Shown: one piece after another, positions 44,677 through 58,771 of the stretch
Layout: the number at the start of each line of letters is the position of its first letter
Numbering within the stretch: position 1 is the first letter of the stretch
From: the human T2T-CHM13v2.0 reference genome, Homo sapiens
Strand: one strand, 5' to 3'
Assembly: GCF_009914755.1 (NCBI RefSeq)
Contig: NC_060933.1
DNA: 64,000 nucleotides
Made by a program: the position numbers and the translations under genes
Notes under the pieces: generated by a model
What the model was told of the DNA's origin: nothing
Seen by the model: only the letters and a program-made list of their open reading frames with translations
The model's database searches: none

Positions 44677-45009
44677 TTTTTCTTTTTTTGTTTTTTCTTT
44701 TATTCTGAGGCAGGGTCTTATTCTGTGACCAAGGCTAGAGTGCAGTGGTATGATCACGGCTCACTGCAGTCTCAACCTCCAAGCTCGAGCAACCCTCCCA
44801 CCTCACCCTCCTGAGTATCTGGGATCACAGGCATGCATCACCACACCTGGCAAATTAAACAACAACAAGAACAACAACAAAAAGTCATTTGTACAAATGG
44901 GGTCTCACTATGTTGCCCAGGCTGGTTTTGAACTCCTGGTCTCAAGCAGTTATCCAATCACAGTTTCCCAAAGTGTTGGGATTACAGGCATGAGCCATTG
45001 TGCCCAGCC
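44677..45009 (-). mobile_element. AluJ inside MST-int
   Basis: gcagggtcttattctgtgacc, ggtctcactatgttgcccaggctgg; linker replaced by (AAC)n. Confidence 0.93.
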
Positions 45010-45742
45010 AAGAAATTAATTCTTGAAGCTCCAAAATAATCTCCTTTGACTCCATGTCCCATATCCTGGGCACACTGGTGTCAGCGGTGGGCTCCCAAGG
45101 TGTTGGGCATCCACAGCCCCATGGCTTTGCTGGGTGCAGCCCATGTGGCTGCTCTCATGGGTTGTAGTCTGGTGCCTGCAGCTTCTAGGTTGAGGGTGCA
45201 TGCTGCTAGTGGTTCTATCATTCCGGGGTCTGGAGCATGGCAGCCCTCTTCACAGCTCCACTAGGCAGGGCTCTGGAGGGCATTCTCTGTGGGAGCTCCA
45301 ACTCTATATTTCTCCTTGGCATTGCCTTAGTAGAGGTTCTCTGCATGGGCTCCTGCATCAGGCTTCTACCTGGGCACCCAGAGTTTTCTATATATCCTCT
45401 GAAATCTAGGTAGAAGCTGCCAAGCCTCCATCACTCTTGAATTCTGGGAGCCTGCAGATTTAACACCATATGGAAGCTTCCAAGGCTTATGGCTTATGCC
45501 TTCTGGAGCAGCAGCCTGTACAGTACCTGGGGTCCTTTTGAGCTGTGGCTGGAGCTGGAGTGGCAGGGAGATAGGGAGCAGCATCCTGAAGTGGCACAGG
45601 GCAGTGACACCCTGGACCAGTTCCCCAAAACTGTTCTGCCCTCCTAGACCTCTGGGATTATAATGGAAAGGGTAGCCTCAAAGATTTCTGAAGTGCCTTC
45701 AGAGCCTTTTCCTTATTGTCTTGACTGTTAGCACCTGGCTCC

Positions 45743-46062
<320 letters not shown>

Positions 46063-46240
46063 CCATTTTATTCTTGCTAATCTCTCTAGCAAGTTGTTCC
46101 AAATGTTTACACTCTGTTTACTCTTTAATTATAAATTCCAACTTTAGGTCATTTCTTTGCTCCCATAACTGATCATAAGCTGCTAAAAGCAGCTATGACA
46201 TTTCTTGAATGCTTTGCTGCTTAGACATTTCTTGTTCCAG

Positions 46241-46550
46241 AAAACTGAGAAAAGGAAAAGCTTTTAGGTTCATTATTTCTCAGGGACCACTGAGTCACAG
46301 GTTTGGGGAGGTTATGTCAGCCAGAAGGAGCTGAAGAAATCCACAGTCACTGCAAGTTTGGGAGCAGAAGCACATGGCAGGCAGAGGTCTTCACTTGTCA
46401 GGATTCAGAACAAGAAAGTTCTCAGCAGTGGCTCAGGCGAGGAAGCTTTGGCTTTATGTAAGGCTCAGGTAGGAGCATATGGCAGTATGTTGAACTTCAT
46501 GAAGGAAAATTGTTCCAATTGAGTCTAAGTGAACATGTTGTACACTCTAG
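46241..46550 (-). repeat. ~310-bp inverted repeat, right arm (inserted in MST-int)
   Basis: Reverse complement of 42421-42731; MST-int text on both sides. Confidence 0.97.
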
Positions 46551-47633
46551 CCTTTGTGAAAGGCTGATATTAAGATTGATAAACTTGCCTTCCACAAAGC
46601 TCTTGGGCATGAACACAATGTGGCCAAGTTCTTTGCTACAATGTAACAAGAGTGGCCTTGGCTCCAGTTCCCAATAAGTTCCTCATTTCCATCTGAGACT
46701 TTGTCAGCCTGGCCTTCACTGTCCATATCTCTATCAACATTTTACTTACAAGCACTTAACCAATCTCTAAGAAATTTCACTTTCCCTTGTCTTTCTTTTC
46801 ATAAGCCCTCCAAACTTTTCCAACCTCTGCCCATTATTCAGTTCTGAAGCTGCTCCACATTTTCAGGTATCTTTACAGCAACATTCCACTCCTTGCTACC
46901 AATCTTCTGTCTTAGCCCATTTGTGTTGTCACAAAGGAATACCTGAGGCTAGGGAACTTATAAAGAAAAAAGGTTTATTTAATTCACAGTTCTGCAGACT
47001 GTACAAGAAATATAGTGCCAGCATCTGCTTCTGGTGAGAGCTTTAGGCTTTAGGCTGCTTCCATTCATGGTGGAAGGTGAAGGAGACCTGGCATATGCAG
47101 ATCACATGGTAAAAGAGGAAGTGAGAGAGGGGAGGGAGGGAGGTACCAAGCTCTTTTTAACCATCAGTTCTCATAAGAACTAATCAAGCAAGAACTCATT
47201 CATTTCCATGAGAATGGCACCAAGCTATTCATGAGGGATTCTACCCCCAAGACACAAACACCTCCCATTAGCCCCCATCTCCAACACTGAGGATCAAATT
47301 TCAACACGAGACTTGGCAGGGATCACACGAATCCTATCTAAACCACAGAAGCATCCCACTCAGGTGTACATGCTTGAGCAGAATGCCAGTCTTGTTTCCC
47401 GTTACAAGACAGAGTAACTCCACTCATTAGTAAAACAGCATGAGGCTTTGAATACCAGCCCTGGCTATTTAAATTGTTTACCATAGTCACTACTTCTTCC
47501 TTGGAAAAGAGTGAGCTTGGGGAACAGTTAGGGGGGAGAGAGAGAGAGAGACGGCAAGAGAGAAAGCAAGCCTAACTGTTTATTATAATGCTTCCTCCTG
47601 TGTGCAGAATGTCAGATTGAGAGGCATGAGTAG

Positions 47634-47682
47634 TATATCAGCCAGGGTTTCAACAGAGAAACAGAACCAGTAGAATGTATAT

Positions 47683-47733
<51 letters not shown>

Positions 47734-48067
47734 TGAGATTTATGTGATTGTGGGGACTGACTAGGCTAATCAAGAATCTGTAGGGTGGATCATCAGGAAG
47801 GGCAAACTGAAAATCTCAACCAGCGGCTGATGCAGTTCACAGGGGAAGTTTTTGCTTCCTCAGGGAAACTTCAGTTTTGCTCTTAAGGCCTTCAACTGCT
47901 TGGATGAAGCTCACCCAGATTATCCAGGATAATTTTCCTCCTGTAAAGCCAACTAATTATAGACATTAATCCAATCTACAAAATACTTCACAGCAACACC
48001 TAGATTAGTGTTTGAATAACTAGATTCTACAGTCTAGCCAAGTTGACACAGGAAATGGACCATCACA
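47634..48067 (-). mobile_element. MLT2D-type ERVL LTR containing a (TG)n tract
   Basis: cagggtttcaacagagaaacagaaccagtag...aaggccttcaactg...ctagccaagttgacaca...ccatcaca. Confidence 0.88.
47686..47729. repeat. (TG)~22 microsatellite
   Basis: Directly visible. Confidence 0.97.
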
Positions 48068-48074
48068 AATAGTA

Positions 48075-49010
48075 AGGAAAACAGCAAGCTTTCTCCACTA
48101 ACTAGGTGACTGTGAGGGGGAGGGTGTTTCAGACAGTGGGAACAGCATGTGCATAGAAGCATTGAAGGAAACTCAGAGTGTTGTGGGTGGGATGGAAGGT
48201 GGCAAAAAAAAAAAAAAAAGAAAGAAAGAAAAAAAAAACTCAGAGTGAAGAAGGAAAAGATTTATAAAGGTGAGCTGAAAAAATCATAAGTTGTCTTGCA
48301 TTTTAGAGCTAGGAAGTTTAGATTTTATCGATATACTTAAATCTTAGAATTTTAAGATAGAGAGGGATATGTATTTATAGAAAGATCAAGGAGGTAACTC
48401 TAAGAAGGGACTGGAAGAGGCAAAAATGGAAACATGAAGGCAAGATAAGAGACAGTGGACAGGATCCAGGTAAGAAATGTGTTTCTAGGGGTCAAGCTGA
48501 AGACAAGGTATAAATTCATCATCAATTTAGTCTGTTTAAGAAGTAGAGTTTACAACACATGGTAAGGATTGAAAATGGGGTTGAGAGGTCAGAGAAGAGT
48601 CCAGGTGTTGGGCAACAAACAGGGTTTTTGGTCATTCATCTGTGAAACAGGGAATTGGGAGGGAGATCTGATTTGTATGTCTTGTGTTCATCATGAGTGG
48701 TGTGTATAGGGATCCTGTACAGAAAGGAGACTGTGAGCGTTCACATGTGAATAGGTAATACTAGAGCCCTAGAGAGATGTCTGAGCTGAAAATAGAACTT
48801 TGTGGTCTTCTAATATACATAGTGAGTTATACAATTGGAAGAGATTATTTAGGAAGTCTATGAGCATGAGACTCCAAAAAGAATAGGAAAAGAGGAAATA
48901 AGAGGATACAAGAAAAGAAAAGGCCAATGAGAAAATTCTCAGGGTCACTAACATTTAAAGAATTGGAATAGAAAGAGCATGTTGTGAATGACGTAAAAAT
49001 CAGATGAGGT
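48075..49010 (-). mobile_element. LINE-2 fragment
   Basis: tttcagacagtgggaacagcatgtgc, agagagatgtctgagctgaaaatagaactttg, cactaacatttaaag. Confidence 0.65.
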
Positions 49011-49202
49011 GAAAGTGCATGTTCTTTTCAATAAACCTCCCTAAATGATGATATTCTATAGAGTACTTACTGCCTTTGGTCCTCTTAAATGATTTATCTA
49101 ATTCCGTCTATTGCCAGACACCATTCTGGAGATACAATGATGAGCAAGTCATGATTTAGGCCTTCAAGTATCCTAGAGCAGGGTTTCTTAATTTCAGCAC
49201 TA

Positions 49203-49405
49203 TTTTTCGTTTTATAATTTCAACTTTTATTTTAGATTAAGGGGTACATATGCAGGTTTGTTACATGGGTATATTGTGTGATGCTGAGGTTTGGGGTATA
49301 AATTACCCTGTCACCCAGGTGGCAAGCATAGTACCCCAATAGGTAATTTTTCAGCACTTTTCCCCCTCCCTCACTTATCTCTCTAGCAGTCCTCAATGTC
49401 TATTT
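49203..49405 (-). mobile_element. L1PA16-like 3' end fragment
   Basis: caacttttattttagattaaggggtacatatgcaggtttgttacatgggtatattgtgtgatgctgagg. Confidence 0.85.
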
Positions 49406-49417
49406 TTTTTTGATAGG

Positions 49418-52400
49418 ATTCTTTTTTTCCAACTTTTATTTGAGACTCAAGGGGTACATGTGCAAGTTTTTTACACGGGTAAATTTCATGTTGCAGGCAT
49501 TTAGTGTACAGATTATTTTGTCAGCTAGGCCATAAGAATAGTATCTGACAGGTAATTTTTTGATCCTCACCCTCCTCCTACTCTCCACCCTCTGATAGAC
49601 CCCAGTGCCTATTTTTCCCTTCTTTGTGTCCATGTGTAATCAATGTTTAGCTCTCACTAATATAATAATATAAATGAGAACATGCAGTATTTGGTTTTCT
49701 GTTCCTGCATTAATTTGTTTAGCATGATGGCCTCCAGCTACATTTATGTTGCTGAAAAGGACATGATCTCATTAATTTTTATGGCTGTGTAGTATTCCAT
49801 GGTATAAATGTATGACATTTTCTTTATCAAGTTCACTGTTGATGGACATCTAGGCTGAGTCCATGTTTTGCCATTGTGAATAGCCCTGCAGTGAACATAT
49901 GTGTGCATGTGTTCTTTGGTAGAATGATTTATATTCCTTTGGGTATATACCCAGTAAAGGGATTGCTGAATTGAATGGTAGCGCCAAGTTCTTTGAGAAG
50001 CCTCCAAACAGCTTTCCACAGTGGCTGCACTAATTTACATTCCCACCAGCAATGTATAAGTGTTCCCTTTTCTCTGCAACCTCACAAACATCTGTTATTT
50101 TCTGATTTTGTTTTTTTGTTTGTTTGTTTTTTCATAATAGCCATTCTGACTGGTGTGAGATGATATCTCATTGTGGTTTTGATTTGCATTTATGCTGAGC
50201 ATTTTTTCATAGGCTTGTTAGTCACATGCATGTCTTTTTAAAAGAAGTGTTCATGTCCTTTGCCCATTTTTTAAAGGAGTTGTTTGGGTTTTTGTTTTTT
50301 TTTTTTTAACCTGTCAATTTGCATAAATTCCTAATAGTTTCCAGATACTAGACCTTTCTCAGATGCATAGTTAGCAAACATTTTCTCCCATTCTGTAGCT
50401 GTCTGTTTATTCTTGGCTTCTTTTGCTGTACAGAAGCTCTTTAGTTTAATTAAGTTCCATTTGTCAATTGTTGGTTTTTGCAATTGCTTACAGCATCTCC
50501 ATCATGAAATCTTTGCCAAGGCCTATGTCCAAAATGATATTCCCTAGGTTTTCTTTTAGAGTTTTTATAGTTTTAGGTCTCACATTTAAGTCTTTATTCC
50601 CTCGAGTTGATTTTTGTATATGGCAAAAGGAAGGGGTACAATATTAATCTTTTGCATATGACTAACCAGTTATCCCAGCACCATTTATTAAATAGGGAGT
50701 CATTTCTTTATTGCTTGTTTTTGATGACTTTGTCAAAGATCAGATGGTTGTCGATATGCATCTTTATTTCTGGGTTCTGTATGCTGTTCCACTGGTCTAT
50801 GTGTCTGTTTTTGTACCAGTACCATGCCATTTTGGTTACTGTAGCCTTGTAGTATATTTTGAGGTTGGGTTATCTGATGCCTCTGGCTTTGTTCTTTTTG
50901 CTTAGGATGGCTTTGGGTATTAAGTCTCTTACTTAATAACATATAAAGTTTAGAATAGTTTTTCTAGTTCTGTCAAAAATGACATTGGTAGTTTGATAGA
51001 AATAGCACTGAATCTGTAAATCACTTTGGGCAATAAGGCATTTTAGCAATATTGATTCTTCCTATCCATGACCATGGCACATTTTTCCATTTGTTTGTGT
51101 CATCTCTGATTTCTTTCAGCAGTGTTTTATAATTCTCATTGCAGAGATCTTTCACCTCCCTAGTTGGCTGTATTCCTAGCCATGTTATTATTTTTGTATC
51201 TATTGTGAATGTGGTTGCATTCTTGACTTGGCAGTCAACTTGGATGTAACTACTGTATAGAATTGATTTTGTATCCTGAAACTTTCTAAAGTTCTTTATT
51301 CTTGGAGCTTTTGAGCAGAACTATGGGGTTTTCTAGGTATAGAATCATATAATCTGTGAAGAAAGATAGTTTGACTTCTTCTCTTCCTATTTGGATGCCT
51401 TATATTTCTTTTTCTTGCCTGATTGCTGTGGCTAAGACTTTCAGTACTACGTTGAATAGAAATGGTGAGAGTGGGCATTCTTCTCTTGTTCTGGTTCTCA
51501 AGGGGAACACTTCCAATTTTTGTCTGCTCTCTATGATGTTGGCTGTGGGTTTGTCAGAAATGGCTTTTATTATTTTGAGGTATATTCTTTCAATGCCTAG
51601 TTTGTTGGGGATTTTTTTTTTTAACATGAAGGGATGTTGAATTTTGTAGAAAGCCTTTTCTGCATCTATTGAGATGATCATATGTTTTTTGTTTTTAGTT
51701 AGGTTTATGTGATGAATCACATGTGTTGATTCGCATATGTTGAAAAAAACTTGTATCTTAGGAATAAATCTTGCCTGTTTGTGGTAAATTGGCTTTTTGA
51801 TATGTTGTTGGATTGGGTGTACTAATACTTTGTTGAGGATTTTTGCATCTATGTTCATCAGGGATATTGGCTGGATGTTTTATTTTTTTCACTGTGACTC
51901 TGCAAGGTTTTGGTATCAGAATAATGCTATCATTGTAGAATGAGATAGGGAGAAGTCCCTTATTTTCATTTTTTCGGAATAGTTTCAGTAGGGCTGGTAC
52001 CTGCTCTTTATACATGTGATAGAATTTAGTTGTGAATCTGTCTGGTGCAGGGTTTTCTGTGGTTGGCAGGCTTTTTATTACTGATTCAATTTTGGAACTT
52101 GTTATTGGTGTGTTCAGAGTTTCAATTTCTTCCTGGTTCAACCTTGGGATCTTATATGTTTCCAGGAATTTCTTCATTTCTTGTAGGTTTTCTAGTTTGC
52201 ATGCATAGATGTATTCATAAGAATCTCTGATTTTTTTTATATTTTCGTGGGGTCAGTGGCAATGTCATCTTTGTCATTTCTGGTTGTGTTTATTCGGATC
52301 TTCTTTTTTTCATTAGCTAGTGGTATACCAATCTTATTTATTCTTTCAATAAATTGTTGGTTTAATTGATCTTCTGTATGGCTTTTCCCACCTCAATTTC

Positions 52401-55400
52401 ATCCAGTTCAGCTCTGATATTGGTTATTTCTTTTCTTTTGGTAACTTTGGAATTAGTTTGCTCTTTTTTCTCTAATTCTTCAAAAGTGTGATGTTACCTT
52501 GTTAATTTGAAATCTTTCTAATTTCTTGATGTAGGCATTTAGTGCTATAAACTTTCCTCTTAACACTGTTTAGCTGTGTCTCAGAGATTCTTGTATGTGT
52601 ATCTTTGCTTTGATACAACATACAAAAAAGGAAAATTTTGATTTTTGCCTTCATTTTATTCTTTACCCAAAAGTCATTCAGAAGCAAGCTGTTTAATTTC
52701 TATTTAATTGTATGGTTTGAGAGATCTTCTTAGTATTAATTTAAGTTTTTAATGTGCTGTGGTCCAGGAGTGTGGTTGGTATGATTTTGGTTTTTTTGAA
52801 TTTGTTGAGAATTTTTTATGGCTGATTGTGGGGTTGATCTTGGAGTATGTGCTATGGGCAGATGAGAAGAATGTATATTCTCTTGTTATTGGGTAGAGTA
52901 TTCTGTAGATGTCTGTTAGGTCCATTTGGTCAAGTGTTGAGTTTGGGTCCTAAATATTTTAATTAGTTTTCTGTCTTGATGATCAGTCTAACATTATCAG
53001 TGTGGTGTTCAAGTCTCCCACTATTATTGTACCATTATCTAAGTCTCTTCTCAGGTCTCTAAGAACTTGCTTTTTGAATCTGTGTGCTCTAGTGTGGGTG
53101 CATATATATTTAAGATAGTTGAGTCTTCTTACTGAATTAAACCCTTCATCATTATGTAATGCCTATCTTTGTCTTTTTTTATTGTTATGGGCTTAAAATC
53201 TGTTTTTTTTTTTTTTTTGAAATAAGAATAGTGACTTCTGTTCTTTGTTTTCCATTTGCTTGATAGCTCTCTCTCCATTCCTTATCTTTGAGCCTATGGA
53301 TGACATTGCATGTGAGATGGGTCTGTTGAAGACAGCATACAGTAGTGTCTTAATTCTTTATCCAATTTGCCACTTTGTGCCTATTAAGTGGGGCATTTAA
53401 CCTGTTTATACTCAATGTTAATATTTGTATGTGAGGATTTGATATTGTTGTTGTGTTGTTAGCCGGTTGTTATGTAAACTTGATTATGTACTTGCTTTAT
53501 AGTGTCAGTTGGCAGTGTATTTAAGTGTTTTTTTTGTGGTAGCAGGGAACTGTTTTTTGTTTCCATATTTAGCACTCCCTTAAGGACCTCTTCTAAGGTA
53601 GGACTGGTGATAATGAAGTCCCTTAGCATTTGCTTCTCTGAAAAAGATTTTATTTCCACTTCACTTGTGAAGGTTAGTTTTGCTGAATATGAAATGCATG
53701 GTTGATATTTCTTTTCTTTAAGGATGCTGAATACATACTCCAATCTCTTCTGGCTTGTAAGTTTTCTGCGGAATGGTCTACTGTTAGCCTGATGGTGTTC
53801 TCTTTACATGTGACCTGCCCATGCTGTCTATCTGCCTGTATTATTTTTTCTTTTGTGTAGACTTTGTAGAATCTGAGGATTACATGTCTTAGGGATGGCC
53901 ATCTTGTACAGTATTTTGCAGGACTTCTCTCAATTTCCTGAATTTGCATGTCAACCTCTCTAGCAAGGTTGGCAAAATTTTCATGGACAGTATCCTCAAA
54001 TGTTTTCCAAATCGCTTTCTCATCCACATCTATTCCAGGAATGCAAAAGAGTCACAGGTTTGATCTCTTTACATAATTCCATATTTCTTGGAGGTTTTGT
54101 TCATTTTTAAAAATCATTAACAATTTTTTTTGACTGCCTTTGCTGGTTCAAAGGAATTTCAAGCTCTGAGATTCTTTCCTCAGCTTGATCTATCCTGTTA
54201 TTAATGCTTCAAGTTGAATTCTGTAATTTCCATAGTGAATTTTTTATTTCTAAGAGTTCAGTTTGGTGCTTTCTTAAAATGTCTATGTCATCTTTAAACT
54301 ATTGGGCCATTTTATTGTTTTCCTTGGATTGAATTTCAACCTTATTTTATCTCAATGAGTTTCCTTGCCATCAAGATTCTGAATTCTATGTCTGTCATTT
54401 CAGCCTGGTTAAGAAACATTGCTGGGGAGCCAGTGCAGTCATTTGGAGGTAAGAAGATACTCTGGCTTTTGGAGTTGCCAAAGTTCTTGTGCTGGTTCAT
54501 TTTGATCTGAGTGGTCTAATGTTCCCTTATTCTTTGAAGTTGTTGTCTTTTGGATGAGGCTTTTTGCTTTTGTATTCTTTGATGCCTTTAAGCATTTGAC
54601 TGTGGTATGGGTTGGGTTTAGTCAAGTGGCATCATTTCTACATGCTTTCAGGGGGCCAAATTTTATCTTGGCATTCTTGGGCTGCATGCCCTAACTCTTG
54701 GGGGCTGGGATCAGGCCACCTGCAGCTTTGTTATTTGGCCTCTCAAGGTTAAGCACCTGCTGCACTAGAGGGGTTAAGGGGTTCCCAGCCTGCTGGCATC
54801 AAAATTCCAATGGAGGCTGCTGGCGAAAGCACCCCAGGGGGGCGGTAGTGACCTCCTTCACATACACATGCCAGCAAAGTGGCAGGGGTCCTTGTGTGCG
54901 TATGCACTGGTTATGGATCTGCAGGTGTATGTGCATCTGCAAGTCTGTGCATCTATGCATGCTGATGGGGCAGTGGCTGGCCCCATGCACATGTGCAGCA
55001 GTGGGTTGGTTGTGGGGAGGTTGAGGGTGAGTGGGCACAGGACAAGGAAGGCTGTGGGTTGGTCCATGCTGGTGGGGATCGGTGGGGATCTAGCTTCAAA
55101 AGTGTTATGATGGGTAGGTGATGTCTGTCAGTGAAAAAGCTGTGGTGGTGGCCGCTAGCAAGCTGAGGCTGTGCTGCTAATGGGTGCAGCCAGGCAGGGA
55201 CCCTGGGAGAGGCTGACAGATATAGGGGTGTTCAGATCACATTGGCCTCACCCCACTGGCAAGACAGCCCTGCTTTGTCCACATCTAGCAGCTAATAAAA
55301 GCTAAAGCTACCTGGGGGAGTATGTTGAGCTTTGGAGGATGGGCACCAATAACCATTCTCCACTGCAGCCATTCCCATGCCAAACCTCCTGGGCTCTGTG

Positions 55401-55790
55401 CAGGCCGGAGTTCTGCCTCTGCAAACTCTCTGGGCAGTTCTCCCTACCAGCTCAGATGTCTGTGGGGATCATGGGGTCTGCTGCAGCTACAATCCCAGAG
55501 GACCATGGCTACAGTTGGCCAGTCCACACCTGTTTCGCTTGCTCCTTTCCTAGGAGCTGCTAATGGTGAGGTATGAGTGCCAGTTCTTAGAAACCCCATG
55601 CAGGTTTCCCAGCTATCTCTCCTTTTATCCTGCAGCCTGTATCCTCGCTCTGTCAACTCCCAATGCCCAAAAGTCATTCAGAAACTACTTTCAGATCTGC
55701 TCAGAGTGTGCCAGTCTACCTGATGGTCTGGTCTCTCCCGATGGGAGAAGCTCTTCCTGGCTGTTTGTAGTCAGCCATCTTGGCAGAGCT
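49418..55790 (-). mobile_element. Near full-length, inactivated old L1PA (PA15/PA16-like)
   Basis: 3'UTR, ORF2 RT pieces ([10 protein letters not shown]...[12 protein letters not shown]), ORF1 pieces (HENFANLAREVDMQIQE), 5'UTR ending gtcagccatcttggc; many stops and frameshifts. Confidence 0.95.
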
Positions 55791-56244
55791 CAAAAAAAAA
55801 AAAAAATCACCCTTCTAAAGACTACTACTAAGTCAATTAAATTTGTAGGCAATAAAATTGTTAATATTGTTAATGGGATTTCAGTTATATTTTTGTGTTT
55901 TCATAGCTGACAACAGAGATATTTGGATTAAAATATCATCACCATGGAGGCTTTTTAGTTCCTGCTTATAAAATTATCAAATTTATATAATATTAATAGA
56001 TCACTTTCTTACTGGTGGAAAGAAAGCTTTTCTAAACAGCTTTCCACCAGTAAAAAGTTGTGGCAAAGTCTCTGTAACCAGAAATGCTGGTTATCAAAAT
56101 GCAAGAAATGTATAAAAAGCTTTGAATAATGTTTATGAATTGTCAAAGTATAATACATTTGTATTTCTCCAGTTTTACTGTTAAAGAGCAATGAGGAGAA
56201 TTGTTGTGTTATATTTTTGTTCACTATAAAAATAAATTAAAATA

Positions 56245-56362
56245 GGCCAGGTGTGGTGGCCCATGCCTGTTATCCCAGCACTTTGGGAGGCCAAGGCAAG
56301 AGGATTGCTTGAGGCCTGGAGTTCGAGATCAACCTGGGCTGAATAGCAAGACCCTGTCTCTC
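56245..56362 (+). mobile_element. FLAM / free left Alu monomer
   Basis: Single monomer flanked by aaaaataaattaaaMtag on both sides. Confidence 0.85.
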
Positions 56363-56557
56363 CAAAAAATAAATTAAACTAGCTCCAAGCATCTCTATTC
56401 TCTTTCCTGGTCTACCTAAATGAGAGCTTCTTAATGGAATCTTCTTACTCTACTAACCTCTCCAATTCTTGGATAAAAAGTACTCTTGACTCTGCTGTGG
56501 TTATTTAGATCTGTGATGCTGTAATCTTAAGCTCTGTTAACTAGAGATTGGTCCTAG

Positions 56558-56864
<307 letters not shown>

Positions 56865-58769
56865 GAACTGTAATCTTTGCTAGTAGAGAGTCTTGCCTCA
56901 ATGCTGATGGCTGCTGACAGATCATAGTGGTGGTTATTGAAGGCTGGGGTGGCTGTGGCAATGTCTTAAAATAAGAACATCCATACTGTTCTTGTTGATT
57001 TTTCACCTCCTTCCATAAATCACAAATGTTCGTAATGCCATCCATAATGGGGAGTCCTTTCCAGCAAGTTTTCAATGTACTTTGCCAGATCCATTAGGGG
57101 AATCACTATCTATGACAGCTATAGCCTTACAAAATGTATTTCTTAAATAATAAAATTTGAAAGTTGAAATTACTCCTTGATCCATGGGCTGCCGAATGGA
57201 TGCTGTGTTAGCAGGCATGAAAACAATATTAATCTCCTTGTACGTCCCCATTCAAGAACTCTTGAATGACTAGGTGCATTGTCAATGAACAGTAATACTG
57301 TGAAAGAAATCTTTTTTTTTCCTGAGGTATAGGTCTCTTCAGTAGGCTTAAAATATTCAGTAAACCATTCTGTAAGCAGATGTGCTGTCATCCTGACTTT
57401 GTTGCTCCATCTATAGAGCAAAGACAGAGTAGATTTAGCATAATTCTTAAGGGCCCTAGGATTTTTGGATAGTAAATGAGCATTGGCTTCAACTTAAAGT
57501 CATCAATTGCATTAGCCCCTAAAAAGAGAATCACTGTGTCCTTTGAAACTTTGAAGCCAGGCAGTGACTTCTTCTAGCTATGAAAGTCCTAGATGACATC
57601 TTCCAATAGAAGACTGTTTCATCTACATTGAAAGTCTGTTGTTTAGTGTAGCCACCTTCATCAATTATCTTAGCTAGATCTTTTGAATAACCTGCTGCAG
57701 ATTTACATCAGCACTTACTGCTTCACTTTGTACTTTCATCTTACGAAGATGATTTCTTTCCTTAAACCTATGAACAAGCCTGTGTTAGATTCAAACTTTT
57801 ATTCTGCTGTTTCCTCACCTCTCTCAGCCTTCAAAGAATTGAAGACATTTAGGGACGTGCACTGGATTAGGCTTTGGCTTAAGAGAATGTCATGGCTGGT
57901 TTAATCTTCTATACAAACCACTAAAACTTTCTCCATATCAGCAATAAGTCTATTTCACTTTCTTATCACTGCAGTAACACTTTTTTCAAGAATTTTTCTT
58001 TTGCATTCACAACTTGGCTGTTTGGTACAACAAGCCTAGCTTTTGGCCTATTTCAACTTTTGACATGCATTCCTCACTAAGCATAATCCTTTTGATTTAA
58101 ATGAGAGACTTGTAACTTTTTCTTTCACTTGAACACTTATAGCCACCGTATGGTTATTAATTGGCCTGATTTCCATATTATTGTGTTTCAAGGATAGGAA
58201 AACCCAAGGAGAGGGGAAAAGATAGCAGAACTGCTGGTCATGGAATAGTCAGAGCACATACAACATTTATTGATTAAGTTGGCTATCTTATATGGGTGAG
58301 GTTTGTGACGCTCCAAAGTAATTACTAGGTTGGTGCAAACGTAATTGTGGCTTTTGCATTTTTGGGTTCTATGCTAATAAATGCTATGCCACTTTATATA
58401 AGAGAGTTGAGCATCCCTGGAGTTTGGTATTCATGGGGGTACTGGAACCAATTTCCCACAAATATAGAGTGGCAACTGAGTTTTGTTATGGCAGACCTAG
58501 AAAAGTATTAATATAGTAGTAACATCAAAGATTACTGATACTAATCACCATAACACATAAAATAGTAAGGAAAAAGTTCAAAATATTTTGGCAATTATCA
58601 AAATGTGATATCAAAATGTGACATAAAGAAACAAAGTGAGCACATGCTATTGGAAAAATGGTACCAATAGACTTACTTGATGCAGGGTTGTCACAAATCT
58701 TCAATTAGTAAAAAATGCAGTATCTGTGAAGCACAATAATGCAAAGTTTAATAAAATAAGGTATGCATG
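56865..58769 (-). mobile_element. Tigger1 (TcMar) DNA transposon remnant with deletions and an insert
   Basis: Minus ORF 57170-57421 [16 protein letters not shown]...[10 protein letters not shown] (pogo/Tigger DDE); terminus aataaaataaggtatgcatg|TA. Confidence 0.93.
58326..58512. mobile_element. Mosaic insert: MADE1 half, Tigger3/MER7-type end, MaLR LTR 3' tip
   Basis: taggttggtgcaaacgtaattgtggcttttgc; ttgagcatccctggagtttggtattcatgggggtactggaaccaat...caactg; gttttgttatggcagacctag. Confidence 0.7.
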
Positions 58770-58771
58770 TA

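Noticed and set aside
51296-54027. ORFs with RT-like and ORF1-like sequence
   Set aside because: Fragments of a dead L1 with many stops and frameshifts; not functional CDS.
54855-55000. GCAT/GTGC-rich quasi-repeat
   Set aside because: Lies in the old L1PA 5'UTR, where such arrays are usual.
57170-57421. Transposase-like ORF as a domesticated TIGD gene
   Set aside because: Short, frameshifted piece of a deleted Tigger1.
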